DNA of 64,000 bases from Candidatus Binatia bacterium (GCA_963666315.2 CAXXHG010000021.1:32001-96000); one strand, 5' to 3'; shown: positions 48,669-59,341, counted from the stretch's first letter. Numbers and translations are program-made. Notes: a model not told the origin generated them from the letters alone.

Positions 48669-50459
48669 ATGCATTCTATTTTGAGTCTGTTGCAGTTGCT
48701 GCGCGGAAGCCAAAAGAAAATGGTCCTGGCGGTCGCCTGTGGCCTGCTCTTTGCCGGCACCGGTCTGATTCCGCCGCTGCTCATCCGCCGGATTATTCAG
48801 TGGATCACCGAAGGAGGCGGAACGCTGCAAGCCTTGATCGGTATTTCCGGCTTCCTGCTGCTTGTCTATCTCGGGCGAGGGTTATTTCGGTATGGCTACG
48901 GCCGTTTTTCCCACGAGGTATCTTTTGATGTTCTGCACAGCCTCATGGTCCGGGTGTATACCCATCTGCAGAGTCTGCCCCACAGTTTTTTCCATACACA
49001 ACGGACCGGAGGGTTGATTGCTCGTTCGATCAATGACATTGAAGCCATCGAAGACTTTATCGCGCATGGGATTCCGGAAGCGGTTAACGCGTTTGTCCTG
49101 CCGACGGCCATGATCGCCGTCCTCTTCTATCTGAACTGGCAACTTGCCCTGGTCGCTCTGCTGCCTCTACCGCTGGCCAGTTGGATTGTCTTTCGCTCGA
49201 TTTCAAAAGTGCGAACCGAGTGGCGGCCAGTGCGGGAGCAACTCGCAAACCTGACTGCGCAGGTGCAGGATAACCTGTCCGGTGTCACCGTTATCAAGTC
49301 GTTTGTTCAGGAGCGGTCCCAAGCCGATGAGATCGAGACCCGCAGCCGGCGGCTGCGGGATACTATGCTGCGCGCCAGTACGCTGTCGTTCGTTCCCGTC
49401 GGCGTGATAGAAGTCACCAGCGGAATAGGCGTTGTGCTGATTGCGCTGGTGGGTGGCGCTATGGCTCTGGGTGGCAGTGTGAGCGCGGCTGATTTGTTTG
49501 TGTTCATTGTGTATCTGACCCAGATTTATCAACCCTTTTTACAGCTCGCCAATATTAACGACACGCTCCAGAAAGCGACCGTGAGTGCCGAGCGTGTTTT
49601 CGAACTGCTCGACCTCCAGCCTGATATTGTGAGCCCACCCGACGGCTTGCGGCCGACTCACATGACCTGGGACATTACGCTCCAAGATGTGACGTTTGCC
49701 TACCAGCCGGATCGGTCTGTCCTCTCCAACGTCAACATCAATATTGCAGCGGGTGATATGGTGGCGTTGGTTGGTGCGACCGGGGCAGGTAAAACCACTG
49801 TAACCAACCTCATCCCACGGTTTTACGATCCACAGCACGGAGCCATCCGGATTGGTGGGCATGATGTGCGTTCTTTAGATCTTGACTTTCTGCGCAGCAA
49901 TATTGCTGTGGTCCTGCAAGACGTCTTTCTTTTCCATGGGAGCGTGCGCCAGAATCTCCTCTTCGGCCGTCCGGACGCCTCGGAAGCAGAGATGCAAGCG
50001 GCGGCGCGCGCGGCCAACGCAGAAGAGTTTATCCTCGATCTGTCCGACGGCTATGACACCCTCGTTGGCGAACGCGGGGTTCGGCTGTCAGCGGGTCAAA
50101 AGCAACGCGTGTCCATTGCTCGGGCGCTACTCAAAGACGCCCCTATCTTGGTTCTCGATGAGGCGACTTCCTCAGTCGACACCGAAACCGAACATCTGAT
50201 CCAAGAAGCGATATCGCGACTTACGGCTGAGCGCACGACTGTGGCAATAGCCCATCGCCTCAGCACCATTCGTGACGCCGATCTGATCGTGGTCCTGGAT
50301 ACCGGGTCTATTGTGGAGCAGGGCACGCACGAGAGTCTGCTGGCTCACGACGGCCAGTATGCGCGGATGGTGCGTGCCCAGGACCTCTCTCGTGCGTGGC
50401 AGATCGGTCAGCTCGAAAATAGACCTGAGCCGGCTCTCGCCACTGGAAGTGATTATTGA
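48669..50459 (+). CDS. ABC exporter, fused permease/ATP-binding (MsbA-like)
   Basis: 6 TM helices, GATGAGKT, LSAGQKQR, ILVLDEATS, AHRLST. Confidence 0.95.
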   Translation: MHSILSLLQLLRGSQKKMVLAVACGLLFAGTGLIPPLLIRRIIQWITEGGGTLQALIGISGFLLLVYLGRGLFRYGYGRFSHEVSFDVLHSLMVRVYTHLQSLPHSFFHTQRTGGLIARSINDIEAIEDFIAHGIPEAVNAFVLPTAMIAVLFYLNWQLALVALLPLPLASWIVFRSISKVRTEWRPVREQLANLTAQVQDNLSGVTVIKSFVQERSQADEIETRSRRLRDTMLRASTLSFVPVGVIEVTSGIGVVLIALVGGAMALGGSVSAADLFVFIVYLTQIYQPFLQLANINDTLQKATVSAERVFELLDLQPDIVSPPDGLRPTHMTWDITLQDVTFAYQPDRSVLSNVNINIAAGDMVALVGATGAGKTTVTNLIPRFYDPQHGAIRIGGHDVRSLDLDFLRSNIAVVLQDVFLFHGSVRQNLLFGRPDASEAEMQAAARAANAEEFILDLSDGYDTLVGERGVRLSAGQKQRVSIARALLKDAPILVLDEATSSVDTETEHLIQEAISRLTAERTTVAIAHRLSTIRDADLIVVLDTGSIVEQGTHESLLAHDGQYARMVRAQDLSRAWQIGQLENRPEPALATGSDY

Positions 50460-50490
50460 GGCTACGACATTCGCAAGGAGGGAAGCAGCA

Positions 50491-52179
50491 ATGCCTTACG
50501 ATATACTGATCAAAAACGGCATGGTCGTCGATGGGAGTGGGGCAGCCGCTTTTCGTGCGGACTTGGCGCTGAGCGCGGGACGCATTGTCGAGATAGGCGC
50601 AGTCTCGGGCGGGGCCGCGCGCGTGATCGACGCCTCGGATCTCATCGTTGCACCGGGCTTTATCGATCCGCATACGCATTACGATGCGCAGATTTGCTGG
50701 GACCCGCTTGTCACCTGCTCGTCGTGGCACGGCGTGACGAGTGTGATCATGGGCAATTGCGGCGTCGGACTAGCGCCGTGCAAGCCGACAGAGCGTGACG
50801 TCGCGATGTCTAACGTCGTTCACGTTGAGGCGATTCCGTACGACGTCCTGGCGCAGGGCCTGCCGTGGGACTGGGAAAGCTTCCCGCAGTATATGGATGC
50901 GGCCGCCACGCGCGGGGTTGGTATCAACGTCGGATTTCTGGCCGCGCTGTCCCCGTTCCGCCAATTTGTGATGGGCAATGAGTCCATGGAGCGTGAGGCG
51001 ACGGCAATAGAAACTGAGCAGATCCGCTCTCTTTTGAGTGAGGCACTCGACGCGGGTGCGCTAGGCCTCTCCCTTACGGTATTGCCGCAGCATCTCGGCT
51101 ACAAGGCGCAACCACTTGCGTGTCGCTTGGCGAGTCACGATGAGCTACGCGCATACGCTAGGCTACTGAAAGAACGTGGCCAGGGCACGATTGAAGTAGC
51201 ATTGACCAAAAGGCCGAGCACGGTCTCTGAAAAAGAATATGAGCTGCTTGAGCTGCTGGTCTCAGAGAGCCAACGGCCAGTGACGTGGCTCAACCTGCGC
51301 GATCGCGACGATGCACCCGAGGCGTGGACTGATACGTTGGAACAGGTGGCTCCGTTGCTGGCACGAGGCAGCCGGCCGCAAGTGGCAGTCCGTCCGCTTG
51401 TCGTCGAGTTTAATTTGCGCAATCCGTTTCTGTTTGCCAGTATGCGTTCCACAAAACCGGTGTTCGGGGAAGCTGCGCCTGAGGAGCAGAAACGCACCTA
51501 TGCCGATGCGAAGTTCCGCCGCGCATTTGCCGCCGACCTGGAGCGCAGTACAGTCTTTCGCGACATCTGGGAGAATACTAAGGTGAAGGAGGCGACCAAC
51601 CCTGCGCTTAAGGAAGTCGAATGGCAGACTATCGCTGAAATTGCTGCGGAACGTGGCGTAGCGCCGCTCGACGCCTTCTTCGACCTGGCGCTCGAAGACG
51701 ATCTGGCGCTCGACTACATGCTGCCGCTACTCGACATTAACGAGGAGCGCGTAGCGAAGAAGTTCAGTGACCCGCGTACGCTGATCGGCATCTCCGACGG
51801 TGGCGCACACGTCGACATGCTGTGCAACGCAGGCTACCCGAGCTATCTGCTGGGCAGGTTCGTGCGCGAGAAGCAGGCGCTCACGCTTGAGTACGCGGTG
51901 CAACGGATCACTTCGGAACCGGCGCAATTTTTCGGCCTCGCTGATCGCGGTACGCTGTGGCCCGGACTGGCGGCGGACATCACCATTTTTGACATGAGTA
52001 CCGTCGGTTCGCCAGGGCGCCCGGAGATCCGCCACGATCTGCCGGGCGGTGGACGCCGATTGGTGACGCAGGCAGAGGGGATTCAGTACACAATCGTGAA
52101 CGGACAGATACTGTACGAAGGCCAGCGCCATACGGGAGTGCTGCCGGGGCAGGTGATTCGGGGTGGACAGCACGCGTAG
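50491..52179 (+). CDS. N-acyl-D-amino-acid deacylase-like amidohydrolase
   Basis: PGFIDPHTHYDAQ, GVTSV.MGNCG, SDGGAH. Confidence 0.92.
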   Translation: MPYDILIKNGMVVDGSGAAAFRADLALSAGRIVEIGAVSGGAARVIDASDLIVAPGFIDPHTHYDAQICWDPLVTCSSWHGVTSVIMGNCGVGLAPCKPTERDVAMSNVVHVEAIPYDVLAQGLPWDWESFPQYMDAAATRGVGINVGFLAALSPFRQFVMGNESMEREATAIETEQIRSLLSEALDAGALGLSLTVLPQHLGYKAQPLACRLASHDELRAYARLLKERGQGTIEVALTKRPSTVSEKEYELLELLVSESQRPVTWLNLRDRDDAPEAWTDTLEQVAPLLARGSRPQVAVRPLVVEFNLRNPFLFASMRSTKPVFGEAAPEEQKRTYADAKFRRAFAADLERSTVFRDIWENTKVKEATNPALKEVEWQTIAEIAAERGVAPLDAFFDLALEDDLALDYMLPLLDINEERVAKKFSDPRTLIGISDGGAHVDMLCNAGYPSYLLGRFVREKQALTLEYAVQRITSEPAQFFGLADRGTLWPGLAADITIFDMSTVGSPGRPEIRHDLPGGGRRLVTQAEGIQYTIVNGQILYEGQRHTGVLPGQVIRGGQHA

Positions 52180-52192
52180 GGGAGAACCAACA

Positions 52193-53299
52193 ATGTCAAT
52201 ACAACAGGTGATTTCGGCCGACTCGCACATGGTGGAGCCGGGCGACCTGTGGGTCGAGCGGCTGGACCGCAAATATCGCGACGATGCGCCGCACGTCATT
52301 AAGAACGAGCAGGCCAGGGGCGCTCCCTACCTCTTTGTCGGCCCCGGCTTGCATCCACTTACCGTCGCCGGCGTGTTTGCCGCAGGGCGTAGCGGGGATG
52401 AACTGCGCGAGCACATGAAGCACGGCTATGAGGCAGCGCGGCCAAGCGGCTGGGATCCTGCAGAGCGCCTCAAGGATCAGGACCTGGATGGCGTTGTGGC
52501 CGAAGTGTTGTATTCCAGCCTGGGCATTGTCCTGCTCGGTATGCCGGACGTAGAACTGCAAAAAGCATGTCTGCGAGTCTACAACGACTGGCTGGCCGAG
52601 TTCTGCGCCCACGACCCCAGGCGCTTGGTGGGCATCGGCCTGTATACGCTCAACGCGCTGCCCGACGTCTCGGAGATTGAGCGCTGCGCCAAACTGGGGC
52701 TGAAGGGGGTGATGGTACTCGCGTCTGACACTATTGATCTACCGTACAGTGACGAGCGCTTTGATCCCCTGTGGCAGGTGTGTGCCGAGGCGGGACTGCC
52801 GATCTCGCTGCACAAGCCGTTGGTGTCTGGGATGCCGCGCACGGCGGCGATGCCCACCCCTGCGGATCTGCAGATTCATGTGATCCACGTCGTTGAGCAA
52901 TGCATAACCCGGATGGTGTACGGCGGCGTGTTCGAGCGATTTCCCGACCTGAAAGTTGTATCGGCGGAGAATGACGTGGGGTGGATGCCGAACTGGATAT
53001 ACCGTCTCGACCACGTCCATGCCAAGATCCCCGATTCCGGACAGCTGTCCCTCAAGCCGAGCGAATACGTACGACGTAACGTATGGGGCACGTTCCAGGA
53101 CGATCCGATCGGCCCGGCGACCTGGCAGTTCTTCGGTGAGCATAACTACATGTGGGCCTCAGACTTTCCGCATGCGGACTCAACATTTCCTAATTCGCTC
53201 AAGGTCATCGACGAACATTTCGCTGGTATCCCCGCCCAGGTTACCCGGAACATCGTCTTTGAGAACGCCAACCGGCTGTATAATGTCGGTTTCGATTAA
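52193..53299 (+). CDS. Amidohydrolase_2 family protein
   Basis: SADSH.VEP, RLKDQD.DG, YNDWLAEFC, MWASDFPH.DST. Confidence 0.92.
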   Translation: MSIQQVISADSHMVEPGDLWVERLDRKYRDDAPHVIKNEQARGAPYLFVGPGLHPLTVAGVFAAGRSGDELREHMKHGYEAARPSGWDPAERLKDQDLDGVVAEVLYSSLGIVLLGMPDVELQKACLRVYNDWLAEFCAHDPRRLVGIGLYTLNALPDVSEIERCAKLGLKGVMVLASDTIDLPYSDERFDPLWQVCAEAGLPISLHKPLVSGMPRTAAMPTPADLQIHVIHVVEQCITRMVYGGVFERFPDLKVVSAENDVGWMPNWIYRLDHVHAKIPDSGQLSLKPSEYVRRNVWGTFQDDPIGPATWQFFGEHNYMWASDFPHADSTFPNSLKVIDEHFAGIPAQVTRNIVFENANRLYNVGFD

Positions 53300-53325
53300 A
53301 ATCAACATGAAAAGGAGGATGTTTT

Positions 53326-53784
53326 ATGGACATGGCTGAACTCGAAAAACGGATGACTCGGATTGAAGATATTGAAGCCATCAAACAATTGAAGGCAACC
53401 TACTGCGATATTTGTGACGAGGACCATAACCCGGACAGAATCACGACGATTTTTGTTGAAGACGGTATCTGGGAGGGCGCTGGCTTCGGGAAAGCCCAAG
53501 GCCATGCGGCCATTCGCGAGCTATTCCAAGGCTTCCAGAAACTGATCAGCTTCTCCCAGCACCAAGTGCTGAATCCGATCATCAAAATCGATGGCGATCG
53601 AGCCACGGGCATCTGGTACTTCTTTGGTCCGTTTACTTTCTACAAGAACAACCAGGCCAAGTGGCTGGCCGCCCGCTACGAAGACGACTACGTCAAAGTG
53701 AACGGCGAATGGAAGATCCAACATCTACGCGCACGGGGGCGTATGACCACGGACTACGAAAAAAGCTGGGCTGACAAAGATTGA
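53326..53784 (+). CDS. NTF2/SnoaL_4 family protein (BaiE/LinA-like)
   Basis: EDIEAIKQLKA.Y...D, F.EDG.W, H...NP.I.IDGD.A.G.W, YED.Y....GEWKI. Confidence 0.88.
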   Translation: MDMAELEKRMTRIEDIEAIKQLKATYCDICDEDHNPDRITTIFVEDGIWEGAGFGKAQGHAAIRELFQGFQKLISFSQHQVLNPIIKIDGDRATGIWYFFGPFTFYKNNQAKWLAARYEDDYVKVNGEWKIQHLRARGRMTTDYEKSWADKD

Positions 53785-53795
53785 GGCGGGGAGCT

Positions 53796-53856
53796 GTCAT
53801 TCTGAGCCGGCGCGCTTCGACTGTGCTCAGGACAGGCTCCGCAGAGGCGAAGAATC
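53796..53856. repeat. GTCATTCTGAG..GAAGAATC repeat with an internal cttcgac..gctcag module
   Basis: Structured element between convergent genes. Confidence 0.6.
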
Positions 53857-53860
53857 CGTA

Positions 53861-54679
53861 TCAAGCCAGCGCACGCAGAAATTTAAGTAGCGCGCTCTGA
53901 CACTCCTCCGGCTTATCTACGTAGATCTCATGTCCGGGTCCTTCCACAATGGTAATTCGCGCGTTGGGAATCTCCTTGCGCATCATGAGCTGGTCGGTCA
54001 ACGGGGTAATAGGGCTGCGCGCAGGTGCGAGGATGAGGGTCGGTACACTAATTTGCGACAGGAGAGGCGCGGTGTCCGCACCATCTAACGTGCGAGTAAT
54101 GCCTCGCAAGACATGGGTTGGGGTCTTAGCCCATTCATTCAGCACCCACTCGATGTGGGCGGGATTCTTGCCGCTAATGACTTTTTGCTCGATTAGCACT
54201 TGTCCCCATCCCTTGGATCCGCCTGTGGCCAGGGCATTCTGCACGTCTCCATGCTGACCGGACAGAGCTTTTTCGGCTGGTGCGCGAATGGCAGTCGGGG
54301 AATTGCAAATCGTCAGGCTCTTGAGCCGTTCCGGCCAGCGCGTCGCAAACACGACACCCAGGATGCCGCCGATCGATTCTCCCAGGTAATGCACCTGCTG
54401 AAGGCCAACGGCGTCCATAAAGTCGTGCATATCCGTAACCAGCTCGTCTATTGACCAGGTGTGGTTCGGGCCGGGGTCGGCAGACTGACCATGCCCGCGC
54501 ATATCGCGGCGTATGACCTGGTAGTATGGCGCCAGGGCGGGCACCCAGTGATACCAGAACTTGGTACTTCGCCCGACGCCATGTTGGAGCCACACGGTCT
54601 CTTTTTCGGTCAGCCAGGGATCAGTGAAGTCGTCGACTTCGTAGTACATCTCACAATTATTGGCAGTGACTGTTGGCAT
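53861..54679 (-). CDS. Alpha/beta hydrolase (enol-lactonase-like)
   Basis: HG, DMRGHGQS, GESIGG, GH. Confidence 0.9.
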   Translation of the reverse strand: MPTVTANNCEMYYEVDDFTDPWLTEKETVWLQHGVGRSTKFWYHWVPALAPYYQVIRRDMRGHGQSADPGPNHTWSIDELVTDMHDFMDAVGLQQVHYLGESIGGILGVVFATRWPERLKSLTICNSPTAIRAPAEKALSGQHGDVQNALATGGSKGWGQVLIEQKVISGKNPAHIEWVLNEWAKTPTHVLRGITRTLDGADTAPLLSQISVPTLILAPARSPITPLTDQLMMRKEIPNARITIVEGPGHEIYVDKPEECQSALLKFLRALA

Positions 54680-54803
54680 GCTATGCTCCTTCGACTAGGC
54701 TGTTTCCCGCTAGCTAACACAGTCTCGCCGTGTCAGTCTATCTAGACACTTGAGTTCTTCGCTGCAGTGTGGTCGGCTGGTGCGTCACCGAAAGGAAGCA
54801 AGC

Positions 54804-55688
54804 ATGTTCAAGATAGGCAAGTTGTTTCATCTCACGCACGTGGTGGACGATCTCGAAGCCGTCGACAAATGGTACGACGACGTGTTTTCAGTCACGCGCT
54901 TCTATAACGGGTATGAGGAACTGGCCGGGCGCAATGCCTCGCTCATCGCGATCGGGGATGTCATCATGGAACCGATGATGCCTGCCCGCGTAGAGCCCCT
55001 CAAGAATCAGTCGGTGAAGAAATTCCACGACCGCTTTGGGCAGCATTTCCACTCCATCGCCTGGTACGTGGATGATGTTGAGGCCATCTCCGCCCGGCTC
55101 GACGAAGAGGGCCTCCGGCTGTATAACATTCTCGGCAAAGCAGTGACGCCGCCATACAAGACGGCTGCCATTTGGACGCATCCGAAACAGACCCACGGCC
55201 AGCTGGAGTTCGCCTTGTCCGGCGACTATATAGCCGACCCGCGCCTGGAATCGGATTGGTCCAACGAGCCTTGGCGCCAACACCCGCTCGGCATTGAGCG
55301 TGCTTCGCATATCGGCGTAGTCGTCAGGGACCTGTCAGCGGCGAAGCGGCTGTATTGCGAGACCCTTGGCGCTAGGCTGATCCACGAGGAGCAAACCGAG
55401 GGCCGCAAGCAGAGTGCCTTTGTCGCCGTTGGTGAAGATACGGTCGTGGAACTGATCCAGCCTGTGTCTCCGACTAGCTCCGAAGGCCGTGAGCTGGAGC
55501 AAAACGGCGAGGGCATCTATTCCCTCATATTCAAGACCACAGACCTTGGCCAGGCACAGGATTTTCTGACATCCAAGCAGCATCAGCCGGAACCGGATGG
55601 CGCGGATACGATCATCCTGGGAAAGGACCAGGCGTTTGGGATGGTGGTGGGATTTACCCAGCGTAGACTCCCCAACGATGTGCGCTGA
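54804..55688 (+). CDS. Two-domain VOC family protein (methylmalonyl-CoA epimerase-like)
   Basis: FHLTHVV.DL, FHSIAW.VDD, THPK.T.G.LEF, SHIGVVVRDL, VELIQP. Confidence 0.85.
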   Translation: MFKIGKLFHLTHVVDDLEAVDKWYDDVFSVTRFYNGYEELAGRNASLIAIGDVIMEPMMPARVEPLKNQSVKKFHDRFGQHFHSIAWYVDDVEAISARLDEEGLRLYNILGKAVTPPYKTAAIWTHPKQTHGQLEFALSGDYIADPRLESDWSNEPWRQHPLGIERASHIGVVVRDLSAAKRLYCETLGARLIHEEQTEGRKQSAFVAVGEDTVVELIQPVSPTSSEGRELEQNGEGIYSLIFKTTDLGQAQDFLTSKQHQPEPDGADTIILGKDQAFGMVVGFTQRRLPNDVR

Positions 55689-55716
55689 ATCTGAATGATG
55701 GAGGACGGTTTGGTCG

Positions 55717-55980
55717 TCAATCGTCCCACATATTTTCGTAGCGTTGACGTCGTTCATGCCACGTGGGCTGCAGCTCTAACCGACGCTGGTTGGTCTGCCG
55801 CTGCCTCTCGTTATTGCGCTGTTCCATCTGCATGGGCCGCTGCTGGCGTTCGATAACATGCTGCTGGCGTTCCTGCTGCCTCCGGGGTGAGGAATCGTCT
55901 CGGTAGTCAGGTGTATCTCCCGCAAACACGGGTGCGGTCAGGAGCCCCGCCATCAGAAAACACAGCCCTCTGCGTAACAT
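55717..55980 (-). CDS. Small secreted Gln/Arg-rich hypothetical protein
   Basis: Signal peptide MLRRGLCFLMAGLLTAPVFA; coiled Q/R/E-rich body. Confidence 0.55.
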   Translation of the reverse strand: MLRRGLCFLMAGLLTAPVFAGDTPDYRDDSSPRRQQERQQHVIERQQRPMQMEQRNNERQRQTNQRRLELQPTWHERRQRYENMWDD

Positions 55981-56128
55981 TCGTATCAACCAGATCAACC
56001 TGCGTATCGGCCCGAGACTCCTAGGCATAACGCCCCAGCCGCTCTTATCCTGCTTGTGTGTTGTTGGTCCTTTTTCACACGCTGAGAGAGCTGCGAGGGC
56101 AGTTTCGGCATGCTTCCGCTCCGTACGA

Positions 56129-56341
56129 TCAGTAGTAACGTAGCGAGTTAGACAACCAAAATGTCTGCGCGGTCTGGACCTGGACCTTCGCGGCGCGGTT
56201 CTGCCAGTGTTGGGCGCACTGATAATCGCCGCGTCGGGCACAGGCGGCACTGGCCTGGAGGGCGCGGTTCTGGGCCGTGGCGGTGCAGCCTCCGAGGCTG
56301 AACATAAGAAGCAGAAGAAGGGTGCTGAAAATAGTGTGCAT
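56129..56341 (-). CDS. Small putative lipoprotein
   Basis: Hydrophobic h-region plus LGGC lipobox; two further Cys. Confidence 0.55.
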   Translation of the reverse strand: MHTIFSTLLLLLMFSLGGCTATAQNRALQASAACARRGDYQCAQHWQNRAAKVQVQTAQTFWLSNSLRYY

Positions 56342-56640
56342 TGTTGTTCATCGGCCTTTAAGCGGGACAAGCTAGTCGACGTGGTTATCTTCGCCATGCG
56401 AAATCTACTGCGATATGGATTTTTTGAATAGCCTATAGCGCTGCCGGAGGGGCGTGAGCAAGCCAGGAGGCGATGCGATAGTACCGTCTCCTGCCGATCA
56501 TTTTCTAGCCGCTACTGCCTTGATCTAGCGGTTGACTCTCATAACCCTGGACCAACATCTTGTCCGAGCAAAGTGGCTCTCGATACGTTCTGCTTAAAGG
56601 TCGATTTCACATCACTAAGTCCTGTAGCCTTTCATGAGTC

Positions 56641-56670
56641 GCAGGTTGGGTTAGCGTGGCGTAACCCAAC
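56641..56670. repeat. GTAG-family REP (degenerate)
   Basis: gcaggttgggttagcgtggcgtaacccaac. Confidence 0.7.
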
Positions 56671-56684
56671 AATAAACTCCGGAG

Positions 56685-57911
56685 TCACTCACCTATCGCA
56701 GCCACGCCATCACGGACAAGCGTTTTGATTTCCTCTGCATCGTAACCGAGATCCTGGAGTACTTCATGAGTATGTGCGCCGAGCTGAGGCGCAGCCACCG
56801 GAGTCTGCTTTTCGCCCTCTGATGAAAAAATAGGGCTGCTGATGGTTGTGAGCTTGCCGTGACCGGAGTCATTATCTGGATAGTCTACAAAAGCGCCTGC
56901 CGCGCGCATCTGCGGATCCTGTACGACCTCTTCTAGCTTCGGCATGGGCGCCCATTTGATGTCAGACTGCTTGAACAGCGCTCGCCAGTCGTCCAGATCT
57001 CGCGATTCGAACTGACCTTGTAGAATCGCGAATAATGCCTCGGCATTTTCCGTCCTGGCCTCGTTGGTCGCGAAAAGCGGACTGGTTGCCAACTCCGGCT
57101 GGCTGAGCGTTCGACACAGATTGGGGAATTCTACATCGGGGTCAAGCAGGATGACCAGGAAGGCTTTGCCGTCGCGGCTCAAATAGCCTGCCGCAAGCGG
57201 GTTGGCCGGAGTTCCTCCCTCCCCACGCTGCGGAAACTCGGCCTTACAGAATTGAGCTTGCAGGTCACACGCGTTCGCCCACGCACCGCTGGCTATGAGC
57301 GACGTCCCGACCTTGGAGCCGCGTCCGATGCGTTCACGCCGATACAGCCCAAGCATAATCGCGCCGAAGAGCGACACTGACGTAGGATGATCGCCCATGC
57401 CCGGCCGTGGTCCTCCGGGGCTGCCGTCAGTCCCTACGACGCCCATCATCAATCCCGATCGCGCCCAGTATGCGAGCGCATCAAATGTCGGCGCGTTGGC
57501 GTCCTCGCCTGTGTCTCCGTATCCGGTCAGATGGGCATAGATGAGGCGCTCGTTCTCCGGGCGCAGATCATCCCACGTTAACTGGAATTTTTCGAGCAAC
57601 GAGTGCTGATAGTTAGTGACAAAAACGTCGGCTGTCTTGACCAGACGAATCAGCACCTCCCGGCCTTGGGGCGAACTCAGGTCGAGCGCCACACTCTTTT
57701 TATTTCGACTGGTCAGGATCCAGCCCCAGTTGACGTCTGCCTTGGCAAACCCCGGCAGATCCGACAAGGTCCGGTAGAGATCTCCGCCTTGCGGGCGCTC
57801 GATCTTGAACACGTCCGCACCAAAATCCGACAGAATAGTCGCCGACGCGGGCCCGGCGACATAGGTTCCACAGTCAATGACGCGCAGCCCAGAGAGAATT
57901 CCATTTGGCAC
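56685..57911 (-). CDS. Family III CoA-transferase (CaiB/BaiF)
   Basis: L.GLRVID, GADV.KIE.P.GGD, RNKKS..LDL, GD catalytic Asp, AP.LG.H. Confidence 0.93.
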   Translation of the reverse strand: MPNGILSGLRVIDCGTYVAGPASATILSDFGADVFKIERPQGGDLYRTLSDLPGFAKADVNWGWILTSRNKKSVALDLSSPQGREVLIRLVKTADVFVTNYQHSLLEKFQLTWDDLRPENERLIYAHLTGYGDTGEDANAPTFDALAYWARSGLMMGVVGTDGSPGGPRPGMGDHPTSVSLFGAIMLGLYRRERIGRGSKVGTSLIASGAWANACDLQAQFCKAEFPQRGEGGTPANPLAAGYLSRDGKAFLVILLDPDVEFPNLCRTLSQPELATSPLFATNEARTENAEALFAILQGQFESRDLDDWRALFKQSDIKWAPMPKLEEVVQDPQMRAAGAFVDYPDNDSGHGKLTTISSPIFSSEGEKQTPVAAPQLGAHTHEVLQDLGYDAEEIKTLVRDGVAAIGE

Positions 57912-57937
57912 AACAGTCCTCCAGTTGTGTTTCGTTT

Positions 57938-59131
57938 TTAGCCTGATACGACTCCGGCAGCCTGCAGTTCGGCCAGTTGTTCCGCGGAGACGCCGAACTC
58001 TTTCAAGACCGCCTCGGTATGCTCACCCAGCGCAGGCGCGGGCAGGCGCAGCTCGGCGGGTGTTCCTTCAAATCGGACCGGCGGGCGGGGCATGCGGGTG
58101 CGTCCGACATGCGGGTGCTCAGATTCAACAATCAGTTTATTGGCCATGACTTGCTCGTTGTGCATGACCTCTTCTCGACGCAGTGTCGGCGCGCAGGGGA
58201 CTTGTTCGGCATCTAAGCGCGCAATCCAGTCAGCTGAGGTGCGCGTTTTGAGGACTTCGGCCATCATTTCGAGTCGCAGCCCGGCATGTTTCATACGGCT
58301 TGCCGGCGTTTGAAAGCGTACGTCCTCCAGCCACTCAGGCCGTTCCAGGGCGCGGACTAGGCCTTCCCATTCTTTGTTCGACATGGCGCCCGTGGTGATA
58401 TAGCCATCCGTGGTCTCAAAGATGAGATCCCGCACGTGAGTCGGACGTATGTTAGACGCCGACGGGTCTTGCTGCCCTTCGCGGACCATGGTGAGGGCGG
58501 ACATTCCTTCCGGCCAGACAAAAGACACTACCGCATCCAACATGGCCAGTCGTACGTGCTGACCCTTGCCGGTGCGCTCGCGTGCGAGTAATGCAGCGGT
58601 AATAGCCTGGGCCGCAGTAAGCGACGTGACCTTATCCGGAATGACTAAGCGCATCATATGCGGCCGCCCGGACTCTTGATCGCGTTGAATATCAGTCAAG
58701 CCCGACAGGGCTTGAATCACCGGGTCATACACGCGTTTGTGAGCATACGGACCCGACTCCCCAAATCCGCTAATCGAGACATAGATGAGATTCGGTCGAA
58801 TGCTGCGTAGGTCCTTTTCTGCTATCCCCATCCGCTCTACGGTTCCAGGCCGAAAATTCTGTGCGAACACATCAGCCTCGGCAACCAGCCGTTTGAGGAG
58901 TGCGACACCTCGCGGCTCTTTGAGGTTGATGGCCACAGAGCGTTTGTTGCGGTTAATCATGAGAAAGGTCGGCGGGAGGCCGTTACTGCCAAAGGAACGG
59001 GTAAGATCTCCTGTCGGGGGTTCGACTTTGATGACGTCTGCGCCTTGATCTCCTAAGATCATGGTCGCCATGGGGCCAGACAGCATTTGGGTCACATCGA
59101 TCACGCGGTAGCCGGCAAGCGGTCCAGACAT
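57938..59131 (-). CDS. Family III CoA-transferase (CaiB/BaiF)
   Basis: GADVIKVEPP.GD, NRNKRS, NFRPG, YDPVIQA.SG, PD, P.LGEH. Confidence 0.93.
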   Translation of the reverse strand: MSGPLAGYRVIDVTQMLSGPMATMILGDQGADVIKVEPPTGDLTRSFGSNGLPPTFLMINRNKRSVAINLKEPRGVALLKRLVAEADVFAQNFRPGTVERMGIAEKDLRSIRPNLIYVSISGFGESGPYAHKRVYDPVIQALSGLTDIQRDQESGRPHMMRLVIPDKVTSLTAAQAITAALLARERTGKGQHVRLAMLDAVVSFVWPEGMSALTMVREGQQDPSASNIRPTHVRDLIFETTDGYITTGAMSNKEWEGLVRALERPEWLEDVRFQTPASRMKHAGLRLEMMAEVLKTRTSADWIARLDAEQVPCAPTLRREEVMHNEQVMANKLIVESEHPHVGRTRMPRPPVRFEGTPAELRLPAPALGEHTEAVLKEFGVSAEQLAELQAAGVVSG

Positions 59132-59341
59132 GAGGGTCTCCTTTCGCGCCTATCCTATGTGAAGATATTCGCCTATACGAGGTCGTCTGGCAAATCGTTT
59201 CACAATAAGGGTTTCTCAATTGCCGTGCGATCAGTTTAGTGGCACCATGCGGCGAGACGCTCCACCACCTCTCGTGGGTCGTGATGAATAGTGCTGAACA
59301 TGGGTGAACTTGAGTGAACTAGAAGCCCAAAAGGAGCAGGC

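Noticed and set aside
50080-50110. Degenerate ABC signature LSAGQ as a sign of inactivity
   Set aside because: LSAGQ is a common functional variant; Walker A/B and the H-loop are intact
55717-56397. Single 226-aa protein
   Set aside because: Better explained as two small exported proteins in different frames
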